Below are positions 1-8,819 of a DNA stretch of 64,000 nt, piece by piece (the first letter of the stretch is position 1; each line of letters opens with the position of its first letter). The DNA is from an uncultured Eubacteriales bacterium (GTDB lineage: Bacteria; Bacillota; Clostridia; Christensenellales; CAG-138). The stretch is from assembly GCA_902787375.1 (NCBI GenBank), contig CADAGD010000007.1:3878-67877 (forward strand), given 5' to 3'. The notes below the pieces were generated by a model that was not told the DNA's origin, ran no database searches, and worked only from the letters and a program-made list of their open reading frames with translations. Both the position numbers and the translations under genes were made by a program.

Positions 1-1021
1 GGAATATAAGGTTGTTGTCAACATAGAAGCGGCAGTTGTCCCAATCATATGAATCGTTGGAACCTTCGCCCCATGCTTTATAATCGAATTTGACTATGTC
101 ACCTTCGTTTGCACTGACAGTTGCAGTTATTGTTGATGTGGAGTTGCCTACTCCCGCGTTGCCGGACATAGCATACTCACGGTCGCCTTCCGTTTCAACG
201 GTCCAAGGATAATTCGCACTTGTTTCGAAATGAAGCGTGCCGCCCTCAACGTTCAGCGCACTGTCAAAGTCTGCAAGTACGGGTGCCTCAGTGGGAACAA
301 CAGGCTCTTCGGTAGGATCAACAGGCACTTCGGTAGGATCAACAACGTCGTCGTCAGCCTCAAAGCCGCACTCATAAACAACGCCGGAGGAATCGCTGAC
401 CTCAAAGTTGTCAACGTCGAGAACGAACATATCGGTTGTATTATAGTGGCGAACAGCTACATAAACGGTATCACCGCTGAATGCGGACAAATCAGCAGTA
501 TACTGAGTATAATTACCGGTAGCAATAAACTCGTCGGATATCTTCGTCATTTCCGCCGTATCAGCGGAAGCACCCGCGTAAATAGCAAAATGCTCCGCAG
601 CCCAACTTGGATCCTGTCCCGCCGCATAGAACGAAACCGAAGCTTCGCCTTCAGCAAGCTCAATAGCAGGTGAAACAGCCCAATTGTTGGGTGTCAAAGC
701 ACTACCTGTGTCATTATCATATGACTCCGAGGTAATAACACCCTCACCCTCATAGGCGGTATAGTGGGGAGTTTCGCTGTAATCCTGCTGCCACTCCCAG
801 TTGTAGCCATCGCCATCCAGATCGACAAACTGCCAACCGTTTTCAGAACGGACTGATGCGTTTGCTTCGTTTCCTGTCACAACGGATTTTTCAGCGGAAA
901 TATCTTTTTTCGCAAATCCATTGTCACCGGACATGCTTGCTTCTGTCGCAAATACACTCATAGGGATGAGAGCCATCACCATGAGGAATGCAACCAGTAC
1001 GCTAACAAGTCTCTTAGTCAT
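1..1021 (-). CDS. Secreted cleaved-adhesin / choice-of-anchor-J-like domain protein (N-terminal part; C-terminus runs off left edge)
   Basis: Not in ORF track (no stop in window). My translation from ATG 1019-1021: MTKRLVSVLVAFLMVMALIPMSVFA signal peptide, then ENGWQFVDLDGDGYNWEW...PNNWAVSPAIEL...VYVAVRHYNTTDMFVLDVDNFEV; GGAGG RBS 9 nt upstream. Confidence 0.75.
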   Translation of the reverse strand, partial: MTKRLVSVLVAFLMVMALIPMSVFATEASMSGDNGFAKKDISAEKSVVTGNEANASVRSENGWQFVDLDGDGYNWEWQQDYSETPHYTAYEGEGVITSESYDNDTGSALTPNNWAVSPAIELAEGEASVSFYAAGQDPSWAAEHFAIYAGASADTAEMTKISDEFIATGNYTQYTADLSAFSGDTVYVAVRHYNTTDMFVLDVDNFEVSDSSGVVYECGFEADDDVVDPTEVPVDPTEEPVVPTEAPVLADFDSALNVEGGTLHFETSANYPWTVETEGDREYAMSGNAGVGNSTSTITATVSANEGDIVKFDYKAWGEGSNDSYDWDNCRFYVDNNLIF

Positions 1022-1195
1022 AATTTTGTTCCTCCTGTTTAAAAATTTTTTTGCAGATAAAATCCACAAACACATTGTAGCACTTTTTTATTGAATTGTC
1101 CATATCCAATTTACACTATTTACCCAATATTTTATAATATATATGATTGAACGTCGAGATTTGCGCCTCCAAAACAAATATATTTATTTTTGCTA

Positions 1196-1223
1196 TTGAC
1201 ATTTGTTCCAAAATCAGTATAAT
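1196..1223 (+). promoter_or_regulatory. sigma-70-type promoter of tRNA-Glu
   Basis: TTGACA (1196-1201), 16-nt spacer, TATAAT (1218-1223), about 40 nt upstream of the tRNA. Confidence 0.6.
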
Positions 1224-1263
1224 AGCATATGTCACTGATGCGACGCGAAACAACTGAACAGAT

Positions 1264-1339
1264 GCCTGGTTGGTCTAGTGGCCTAGGACGCTGCCCTCTC
1301 ACGGCGGTAACAGGGGTTCGACTCCCCTACCAGGTACCA
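1264..1339 (+). tRNA. tRNA-Glu (anticodon CTC)
   Basis: Cloverleaf folded by eye: acceptor GCCTGGT/ACCAGGT, anticodon stem CTGCC/GGCGG with loop CTCTCAC, T-arm AGGGG-TTCGACT-CCCCT, encoded CCA. Confidence 0.9.
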
Positions 1340-1347
1340 TCAAAAAA

Positions 1348-1383
1348 GCGACTTTTGTCCACCGACAAAGGTCGTTTTTTTTT
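1348..1383 (+). terminator. Rho-independent terminator (CTTTTGTC...GACAAAG hairpin family)
   Basis: gcgacttttgtc-cacc-gacaaaggtcg followed by T9. Confidence 0.75.
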
Positions 1384-1384
1384 G

Positions 1385-1447
1385 AACGATGTGTTCCGCT
1401 TACGCGGAACGTGATGTTTGCTTCGCAAGTTATGCGCGCTTCGCGCG
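1385..1447 (+). repeat. Mini-hairpin repeat module (GATGT/GTGATGT-spaced hairpins, family H)
   Basis: GATGT-gttccgcttacgcggaac-GTGATGT-ttgcttcgcaag-...-gcgcttcgcgcg; same units in inverse orientation at about 20690-20750. Confidence 0.7.
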
Positions 1448-1450
1448 TCA

Positions 1451-1661
1451 GACTACGGACAAAGTCCGCTTTTCTTGGCTTCCCCTTTGAGGGGAAGCTG
1501 TCAGACGAAGTCTGACTGATGAGGTGAAAACAATGACACTATCAAAAAAGCCAAGTGCTTATTGAGTTTTTTGCCACCTCATCCACCACCGCTGAGGCGG
1601 CGGTCCCCCTTCCCCTCGCAGGGGAAGGCAGGTATTTCCGGCGCATTTGGGGTTTGTCAGC
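1451..1661 (+). repeat. Composite GC-hairpin intergenic repeat (family G), copy 1
   Basis: cttcccctttgaggggaag, gatgaggtg...cacctcatc long-range inverted repeat, ccgctgaggcgg, ccttcccctcgcaggggaagg, tttggggtttgtcagc; homologous to 15622-15822 and 16035-16193. Confidence 0.8.
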
Positions 1662-1754
1662 GGTCTGGGCGCGTGAAATCAGAACACATATCCTCATTGT
1701 AAATAAACAATGCCGCCGCGTTTTTTACAGAACCCAAGCGGCATTCTTCAGTTA

Positions 1755-2585
1755 TTATGAATTATGCACAGCCATCTGCGGCAGGGGTATTTCAACACCG
1801 TTTTCAACAAGCGCCTTTTTGCCCTCATCAAGAAGCGCATAATAAAGCTCCCAATAGTCCTCGGTTTTGCACCAAACCCTGAGATGGTATTTGGCGCAGC
1901 CCTCACCGAATGAATCAAATCGCGCCTCCGGTTCCATGTCCTTGAGCCTGTTCTCATGCTTTTTAGCCATATTGGTGAGTATCCCCGTGACTTTGGAGGA
2001 ATCCTCATCCATGCCCGTTTTGAATATCAGATCGACACGGCGTGTTTTATAATGCGTCGCGTTCGCAATCGACGAGTTCGATACTGCCGCATTGGGTATT
2101 ATTATTCTTCGATTGTCTACCGTAACAAGGGATGTGCTGAAAACGCCTATCTCCTCCACCGTCCCCTCGTAACCGTTCGTCACTATATAGTCACCAACAT
2201 GGAAGGGCTTGAATATTATAAGCATCAGTCCTCCCGCAAGGTTCGACAGACTTCCCTGCAAAGCGAGGCCCACCGCAACTCCGCAGCTCGCTATAACGGC
2301 GATTATGGACGCCATAGGCACTCCCATTATTGAAATTACTATCACTATTACAAGCAAATACAGCAAAAGTCTTGTCGCGCTGAAAACGAATCCCTGCACG
2401 TCCTTATCCACCTTTTTGAACCATTTGGAACGGCGCATAAGCCTTATTATGAATTTGACCATCCAAATTCCGATCAGGAGTACCAGTAAAGCCCCTGCAA
2501 GCTTCAACCCATAATTGACGCAAAACTCAATTATCGTATCAAGTACACCGACGCCCGTCTGCGGTGGGGTCGAAAGGATCAACAT
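1755..2585 (-). CDS. Small-conductance mechanosensitive channel (MscS family)
   Basis: TM helices plus GDYIVTNGYEGTVEEIGVFSTSLVTVDNRRIIIPNAAVSNSSIAN beta-domain signature; start moved to ATG 2585 (GGAGGTG 8 nt upstream); ORF is open to 2630. Confidence 0.85.
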   Translation of the reverse strand: MLILSTPPQTGVGVLDTIIEFCVNYGLKLAGALLVLLIGIWMVKFIIRLMRRSKWFKKVDKDVQGFVFSATRLLLYLLVIVIVISIMGVPMASIIAVIASCGVAVGLALQGSLSNLAGGLMLIIFKPFHVGDYIVTNGYEGTVEEIGVFSTSLVTVDNRRIIIPNAAVSNSSIANATHYKTRRVDLIFKTGMDEDSSKVTGILTNMAKKHENRLKDMEPEARFDSFGEGCAKYHLRVWCKTEDYWELYYALLDEGKKALVENGVEIPLPQMAVHNS

Positions 2586-2680
2586 ATTAAACACCTCCGT
2601 CATTTGTTTTGCCGGCACAGATAGAATCATCTCGCCTATGCAGTTAATATAATTATATCATATTTTCGGCATTATTCAAC

Positions 2681-2709
2681 TTGAACCGCTTCATTGCATG
2701 AGATATAAT
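2681..2709 (+). promoter_or_regulatory. Promoter predicting a leaderless lplA transcript
   Basis: TTGAAC (2681-2686), 17 nt, TATAAT (2704-2709); ATG 2716 lies 7 nt after the -10 and has no RBS. Confidence 0.45.
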
Positions 2710-2715
2710 TTAAGC

Positions 2716-3699
2716 ATGAACACCGTATTTGTGAGCCGAAGCGGGGACGGCCATATAAACCTCGCAACAGACGAATACCTGCTCGAACAGTACCGCAGCG
2801 GAAAGATGACAGGCATCACCCTGTACTTTTACGTCAACTCAAACGCCGTTATAATAGGAAGAAATCAAAATGCGTGGCGGGAGTGCAATATAGAACGCAT
2901 GGAAGCAGACGGCGTACAGCTTGTCAGACGTCATACTGGCGGCGGAGCGGTATACCACGACGGGGGAAACCTCAATTTTTCATTCATCTCCAATGAAAAA
3001 CTCTATGACAAGGATCGTCAGAACCTCGTTATAATACGGGCATGCAAAAGGCTTGGAATAAACGCCGAGGTGAACGGACGCAATGACATTACCGTTGATG
3101 GGCGTAAATTCTCCGGCTGCGCATACGGAATCTCAGGAATCGCACGCGCTATGCACGGAACGCTCCTCATATCAAGCGATATGTCAAAGCTCGCCAATTA
3201 CCTCAATCCATCCAAAAAAAAGCTTGCCGCCAAGGGTATTACGAGCGTCCGCTCAAGGGTTATAAACCTTACGGAAAAGGCCCCTGTGACGGTCGAGGCT
3301 ATGCGTGAGCTTGTTATAGAGGAATTTGAGAGGGAATACGGTTCAGCCGAACGGCTGATATTTGATGATGCCGCTCAAGAAGCCATCAGTCGATTGACCG
3401 ACAGGCAGCGTTCTTGGGAATGGAGATTCGGTCAATCGCCTAATTTCGATTATGCCATAGATGATCGCTTCTCATTTGGAGAGATGCAGATACTCATGCA
3501 CCTCAAAAACGGATGTGTTGACAGCGTGAAGGTCTATACAGATGCACTCAGCGCAGACCTCTCGGACGAGATATCGCGGCTCTTGACAGGCGTCAGGTTC
3601 AGCAATGAAAGCCTGTCCGCCGCATTGAGGATCGGCGGTTCGGAAGCATGTGAAATAGCCGAATACATCGACAAAGAGGATAATAAGAGTAATGAGTAG
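2716..3699 (+). CDS. lplA: Lipoate--protein ligase
   Basis: RRHTGGGAVYHDGGNLNFSFI and RNDITVDGRKFSG motifs typical of LplA/LplJ; ORF is open from 2698, ATG 2716 preferred. Confidence 0.85.
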   Translation: MNTVFVSRSGDGHINLATDEYLLEQYRSGKMTGITLYFYVNSNAVIIGRNQNAWRECNIERMEADGVQLVRRHTGGGAVYHDGGNLNFSFISNEKLYDKDRQNLVIIRACKRLGINAEVNGRNDITVDGRKFSGCAYGISGIARAMHGTLLISSDMSKLANYLNPSKKKLAAKGITSVRSRVINLTEKAPVTVEAMRELVIEEFEREYGSAERLIFDDAAQEAISRLTDRQRSWEWRFGQSPNFDYAIDDRFSFGEMQILMHLKNGCVDSVKVYTDALSADLSDEISRLLTGVRFSNESLSAALRIGGSEACEIAEYIDKEDNKSNE

Positions 3700-4792
3700 T
3701 ATCGGAATAAAGGAGCTTGCCCTCCGCGCAAGGAGAACTCTGCACGATATGCCTGAGCTTGCCTTCGATGAAAAGAGGACGCTGAAATTCATTGCCGACT
3801 TTTTAAAGGAACACACCTCGCTCGAAATACATATCGAACGCGGATGGCTGTACGCCGTCCATCGTGAAGATGCAGACACCTCAACAGCGGTTCGCGCGGA
3901 TTTTGACGCCGTGCCTTATGGGGATAGCGCGAAGCATCTTTGCGGGCATGACGGACATACGGCATCGTTGCTTGCGCTTGCTTTGAAGCTTGAGGGAAAG
4001 CGTATTGGAAAGAATGTAATACTGCTCTTTCAGCCTGCCGAAGAAACCGGAGCGGGCGCACCCGTCTGCTGCGAGCTTTTTAAGCGTGAAAAAGTGAACG
4101 CCATAGTTGGCGCACACAACATACCCGGAAAGCCCATGGGACAGGTTTTGCTGAAGCGCGGAACATTTGCCTGTGCATCCTGCGGTATGGAGATAGTCAT
4201 GAATGGCAATCCAACTCACGCGGCATATCCCGAAAACGGCGTCAATCCGACAGCCGCCATAGCCTCTCTTGCGCTCAAAATACCCCATTACGCACAGGAG
4301 CTTTCAAGCATAAACGGGTGTATGACGCTTGCGACCGTGGTCGGAATGCAAACCGGCAAGCGTGCGTTCGGCGTCGCGGCATCCGACGGCAAGCTCTGGG
4401 TGACACTCCGCTCTGAGCATACCGAGCTGCTTGACAGCCTTCGCGCATATGCGTCTTCCGAAGCCGAGAAGCTTGCTTCGGAGCAGGGGCTTTCCTGCAC
4501 CGTTGACTTCTTCGACGTCTTCCCCGCCACCGTGAATGATGATTCACTTCTTGAGAATGCTGTCAGGACATTTTCGCATGACGGTATCGCGTGTTCAATG
4601 CTCGATGAGCCATTCCGCTGGTCGGAGGATTTCGGACATTACGGACATCATGTCCCCTCCCTCTTTATCGGCATCGGCTCAGGCGAGAATACGCCTCCCC
4701 TGCATACCGCCGATTATGAGTATCCCGACGAGCTTGTGGATGTGAGTTCGGACATATTCCTTAGAATTCTTGGTTCGGATTTTAGACTGTAA
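3692..4792 (+). CDS. M20 family amidohydrolase (N-acyl-amino acid amidohydrolase-like)
   Basis: HLCGHDGHTASLLALA and LLFQPAEETGAGA metal-site motifs; ATG overlaps the lplA stop by 8 nt. Confidence 0.8.
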   Translation: MSSIGIKELALRARRTLHDMPELAFDEKRTLKFIADFLKEHTSLEIHIERGWLYAVHREDADTSTAVRADFDAVPYGDSAKHLCGHDGHTASLLALALKLEGKRIGKNVILLFQPAEETGAGAPVCCELFKREKVNAIVGAHNIPGKPMGQVLLKRGTFACASCGMEIVMNGNPTHAAYPENGVNPTAAIASLALKIPHYAQELSSINGCMTLATVVGMQTGKRAFGVAASDGKLWVTLRSEHTELLDSLRAYASSEAEKLASEQGLSCTVDFFDVFPATVNDDSLLENAVRTFSHDGIACSMLDEPFRWSEDFGHYGHHVPSLFIGIGSGENTPPLHTADYEYPDELVDVSSDIFLRILGSDFRL

Positions 4793-4993
4793 AAAAGCCT
4801 GACGACAAGCATATCTGTCTCCCCGTGTAAGGGAAGTGGTGGATCGAATATGGGAAGGAAGCATTTTCCTTAGTAAAACCGATACTTGCCGGGGTACATG
4901 ACCGGCAAAGCTGTTATGAAGCAAAACAAGGTAAAATAGAACGAAGCAAGTTTTATGCCGATTGATAGGTTTTACGCAATCAGGAGGTAATAT

Positions 4994-5293
4994 ATGGCCC
5001 CTCACGATGAAAGAAACGAAGAAAAACTTAATTCACAATATGATGAAGAAACGGGGCTTCCGCTTGACGAAACCTATCTTGAGAAGGGCTTGCCGTCTTA
5101 TCTCTCGAAGTCCATTGAGGAAATGGAAAAGTCTTGGGCAATAGAGGATGCGGGAGGTCGGGATAATCTATGGGACTGCACATGGTGCAACCTGAACGCC
5201 GATATAAACGCCGCAGAGGTTGAACATGAAATATCATCAAGACAGGCTTGGTATCTCAGGCGAAAATACCTCAGAATGGTGGATGAGGATTGA
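4994..5293 (+). CDS. Small acidic hypothetical protein (paralog family, copy 1)
   Basis: AGGAGG RBS 6 nt upstream; highly similar (roughly nine-tenths identical by eye) to 42013-42315; fragment at 12797-12945; no domain recognised. Confidence 0.65.
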   Translation: MAPHDERNEEKLNSQYDEETGLPLDETYLEKGLPSYLSKSIEEMEKSWAIEDAGGRDNLWDCTWCNLNADINAAEVEHEISSRQAWYLRRKYLRMVDED

Positions 5294-5569
5294 CAGGCTT
5301 TACAGAACTGCCAATATGCACCCAACTTCACAGAGGAGAGTGTGTCGTATAAGGCCACTCTCCGAAGCATATCTAATTATAATAAGACACACCTAAAGAT
5401 TCGGCAGATAATAAGCGTTTTTCCGTTATATCAATTCGACGAATTATCGGTTCCCGATGAAGCATAATTAAAACTCTGTAAAGCCAAGATAGCAAGGCAT
5501 TGCCGTTTGAATCAAGGGCATTGGCTCCTCTTGATATTTGACCGAGCAACAGCATTAAAGAGGGCCTGT

Positions 5570-6466
5570 TTAAAACAATCTGCAAAGTCCGAGCAATGCT
5601 GCTGCTATGAAGAACACTGCTGTCTTTAATAGCAGGGGTATAATCTTGGAATCAAGCAATCGTTTTTCGCAATGACAAATGTTCGATTTCGGACAGCCGA
5701 ACATACAGCGTTCACAGCAAATGCACTCGCCATTCATAACGGAATCATTCTCAAGCTTTATATTAACCGGGCAGTTGCGCTTACATATATCACAGCCCTT
5801 GATACAGTTCGCGGAATCCCTTTTGAGTATCCCAAATGGGAATACCGGAAGAAGTGTGAAAAAGGCTCCTATGGGACAAAGGAATCTGCAAAAGCCGCGT
5901 TCACAGAAAGCCATGAGCAGCAGCACCGTCACGAAGGCTATAATTCCTGCCGTATATCCTCCGAGTTTGAAGTTGAATGATGTTATCATTGAAAAAACAT
6001 CCAACGGGCTTGTACCCGTCAGGGCTGAATCGAACGAAAAAGCACAGGCGATGATTATAAAAGCCAGATTCAGAAGCTTAAGCTTTGAGAGCAGCACGGC
6101 GTATCTATCTGATATTGTCAGTTGTTTTTTCCTTTTAAACACCCGCTTTTGGACAATTCCCGAAAGCCAATAGACGAAATCACCAAGGCTTCCGAAAGCG
6201 CAGAAATACCCGCAGAACAGCCTTCCGAATACCATTGTAAAAACGGTAAAAAACAGTAAAACGGCAATAAATCCATCCGGCTGTATGACCGCACCCGCTG
6301 CGATGCTTCTGAATATCTGCTTTATTCCATTAAGGCACGCGGCAAAAGCTCCCGGCATGAGCAGGAAAAATAGCGTTCTTATTGCTGTACGAAGCATAAA
6401 ATGCAGCTTTTTTTGCTTCGCCATTGTTTGAGCCTTTGTAAGCACTTTTTCTTTTTTTCGCTCCAT
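5570..6466 (-). CDS. Membrane 4Fe-4S polyferredoxin (NapH/NosR-like)
   Basis: Multiple TM helices, two Cys-rich ferredoxin-type motifs ending in CP (CIKGCDICKRNCP, CICCERCMFGCP); start moved to ATG 6466 with GGAGG RBS next to the upstream stop. Confidence 0.8.
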   Translation of the reverse strand: MERKKEKVLTKAQTMAKQKKLHFMLRTAIRTLFFLLMPGAFAACLNGIKQIFRSIAAGAVIQPDGFIAVLLFFTVFTMVFGRLFCGYFCAFGSLGDFVYWLSGIVQKRVFKRKKQLTISDRYAVLLSKLKLLNLAFIIIACAFSFDSALTGTSPLDVFSMITSFNFKLGGYTAGIIAFVTVLLLMAFCERGFCRFLCPIGAFFTLLPVFPFGILKRDSANCIKGCDICKRNCPVNIKLENDSVMNGECICCERCMFGCPKSNICHCEKRLLDSKIIPLLLKTAVFFIAAALLGLCRLF

Positions 6467-6467
6467 A

Positions 6468-6944
6468 TCATTCCTCCGCGCCGCGAAGTGCAGCCTTGAC
6501 CGCCTCGATAATGCCCTTTGAACTGAATGTCGCACCCGAAACCGTATCTATATCCGTGCTTTGCGCCGTAATAATGCTTTCCAATACGGCCTCCGCCTGC
6601 GCCAGATACACCGAGTCCTCACCCGGTGCGTTCTCTATCAAGACTGTTGTGATGGTGTCATCCTTAACCGTGACTGTCACATTTATTTCTCCGCCGAAGC
6701 CCTGACCGCTTCCCGAATATGTGCCATCCTTGTACCGATGACCCGGCTCGGCGTCGCTTTCATTCGTATTATGCTCTGTACTCATGCGCTGAATCATCTC
6801 ATTATATGCCCTTATCTCCGCCGCTTTTTCGCTGTTTTCCTTCACAAGCCGCGCACGCGAGCTTGCGGCGAAACCGTAAATCAGGAGTGCTGCGGCAATA
6901 AGGCAAAAGCTTATCAGCTTCACAGTAAAAACAGGATGTTTCAT
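6468..6944 (-). CDS. FMN-binding domain protein (single domain, membrane anchored)
   Basis: MKHPVFTVKLISFCLIAAALLIY anchor; DIDTVSGATFSSKGIIEAVKAAL FMN_bind / flavinylation motif. Confidence 0.85.
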   Translation of the reverse strand: MKHPVFTVKLISFCLIAAALLIYGFAASSRARLVKENSEKAAEIRAYNEMIQRMSTEHNTNESDAEPGHRYKDGTYSGSGQGFGGEINVTVTVKDDTITTVLIENAPGEDSVYLAQAEAVLESIITAQSTDIDTVSGATFSSKGIIEAVKAALRGAEE

Positions 6945-8817
6945 ATTCAACCCTTTCCGGAATTATACTTCCATAAACAATCGGTTTCCCGTCAATATCG
7001 CCCGTCGTGCCGAAACCGGAGGCTGTATCATTATGCTCCGCATCGGCAAGCGCGGCTTCAGCCATTCTAATGAGCGCGTTTGAGCTGTATGTTGCGCTGC
7101 TGACAACGTCAAGCTCATCGGCACTCTGCTTTGTTATGAGCTGCTCCACTATGCCCATATATCTGACACCCTGCCGCACTCTGCCATTTACGGCATAATC
7201 AATATAGCGGTCATTGGCTTCGGGATCATCTGAGTTATCCTGTGTCTTTTCGACCGATACAGCGGTTATGCAATGATCCTCGATCGTGATTACGGTCTTG
7301 AGCATATAGTCGAACATATCATCGTCGCTGCATCGGGCAAATGCCTCATATTCCCCATCGGCGAACATGTGTCCCGGCTCTTGAGTCGGTTCCGCTGTTA
7401 CATCCGGCGTCGGCTGCGGTTCATCCGATGGAGTCGGAGATACATCCGGTATCAGAGTTTGTGTAGGGTTCTGTGTCGGTTCCGCCGTCGGAATCGGATC
7501 GGGTTCGGCTGAAGGTGACGGCGTTAAATCGGGGGTTCCGTTTTCTGCCAACGCATTATTTACCGCATTGACGATCGCCATTGAGCTGTATGTTGCGTGA
7601 CTGACGGCGTCTATCCCGTCAAGCGATTGTCTGGTTATTATTTGATCGGGAATGCCCTCATAGTACGTCTGACCAATGCTTCTGCCATCCACCGCGTTTT
7701 TAAGATAGGTATCATTTGCCTCCGGATCATCCGATCTGTCCTCAAGCTTTGTCACTATTATGCTGACTATTCTTCCATCGGTTATTTCAACCTCTGCCAT
7801 AACGGTATAGTCAAAGAAATTGTTATCGCTGCAAATCGCCGTACCGTCAAAACTGCCGTCACCTGTTATGGGAAGCACGGGATGATCTCCCACCGCTGCT
7901 GTTTCCGATGGTTTGGGGCTGTTGGTTGGATTTGCCGTCTGCGGCTCATCGTTCCCTCCTGCCTGCATCAGCGCACGTTTAACTGCATTTATTATTCCGT
8001 TTGATGAGTATGTTGCGGAAGATACGACATCGACATTGGGTGAATTTGCCTTTATTATCCTGCCTATGACCGCCATCGCTCTTGCAAAATATGAATCTGT
8101 TTCATGCTCGGCCGAAAGCACTCTTATGCTCTCTATCCTTCCGTTTTTGATAGTAACCGCGACGCGGATCTCTCCCTGGAAGCCGAATGCGGAGCCATAA
8201 TACACTCCGTCCTTATAGCCCTTTGGCTCATCGAACTTGATGACCTGCTTGCCGTTATGAGAATTCGGATCGGGTGGTTCCGACGTCTTGTCCGCTCCTT
8301 CATCTTTGGTTCCACTGATCGCATTTTTTATCGCGTTCAAAATACCGCGAGAGCTGAATGTTGCCCCTGAAACAACATCAACATTCGTGCTTTGCGCCTT
8401 CAGCACCCGGTCAATAACACCCAATGCCATTTCAAGGAATCTCGGCGTTTCCTTTTCCGCCGAAAGCAAATCCACCTTTTGCAGCCTTCCTCCCTCGACC
8501 GTTACCTCAACGGTTATTTCTCCTCCGAAGCCCTGTGCCGTACCGCGAAAAATGCCATCCACAAAATTCTCGTTTTTCCCCGCCTCTCCGAAACGCTCAT
8601 CTTCATCGGCAGGAGCCGTACAGAGCGGCGTTGGCTTCGGAGTCTCCAACTGCGGCTGTGCGGTTTGGTATTGCATGACGGCAAGCTTTTCCGGCAGTGC
8701 CTCCGGTTCAGGCAGATTGCAAATTCCCCTTATGGTTATGCCTCCGACAAGAAGCGCAGGCAACATAAGACATGCAATGCCTAACCGACTTTTTCGGTTT
8801 TTGACAATCGTTTCCAT
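6802..8817 (-). CDS. Multi-FMN-binding-domain (multi-flavinylated) extracytosolic protein, four domains
   Basis: N-terminal anchor; motifs VVSGATFSS, VVSSATYSS, AVSHATYSS, VVSSATYSS each followed by an (I/A)xxAxxxAL helix; Pro/Thr-rich linkers; start ATG 8817 or 8823; 3' end overlaps the next gene by about 140 nt. Confidence 0.85.
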   Translation of the reverse strand: METIVKNRKSRLGIACLMLPALLVGGITIRGICNLPEPEALPEKLAVMQYQTAQPQLETPKPTPLCTAPADEDERFGEAGKNENFVDGIFRGTAQGFGGEITVEVTVEGGRLQKVDLLSAEKETPRFLEMALGVIDRVLKAQSTNVDVVSGATFSSRGILNAIKNAISGTKDEGADKTSEPPDPNSHNGKQVIKFDEPKGYKDGVYYGSAFGFQGEIRVAVTIKNGRIESIRVLSAEHETDSYFARAMAVIGRIIKANSPNVDVVSSATYSSNGIINAVKRALMQAGGNDEPQTANPTNSPKPSETAAVGDHPVLPITGDGSFDGTAICSDNNFFDYTVMAEVEITDGRIVSIIVTKLEDRSDDPEANDTYLKNAVDGRSIGQTYYEGIPDQIITRQSLDGIDAVSHATYSSMAIVNAVNNALAENGTPDLTPSPSAEPDPIPTAEPTQNPTQTLIPDVSPTPSDEPQPTPDVTAEPTQEPGHMFADGEYEAFARCSDDDMFDYMLKTVITIEDHCITAVSVEKTQDNSDDPEANDRYIDYAVNGRVRQGVRYMGIVEQLITKQSADELDVVSSATYSSNALIRMAEAALADAEHNDTASGFGTTGDIDGKPIVYGSIIPERVEYETSCFYCEADKLLPYCRSTPDLRFRRKLACAACEGKQRKSGGDKGI

Positions 8818-8819
8818 AT

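Noticed and set aside
1555-1842. ORFs translated from repeat family G (1555-1842, 15816-16340, 13134-13493, 12985-13179, 20529-20869)
   Set aside because: Their peptide sequences (e.g. PPHPPPLRRR...FPSQGKA) are read-throughs of hairpin repeats that occur in both orientations and in non-coding contexts. There are no RBSs and the frames are inconsistent between copies.
5373-5585. 70-aa minus-strand ORF between the small acidic gene and the polyferredoxin gene
   Set aside because: It has no RBS, overlaps the 3' end of the polyferredoxin gene, and has no recognisable motif. It may be debris from the truncated downstream gene of the duplicated module, but I cannot support a call.
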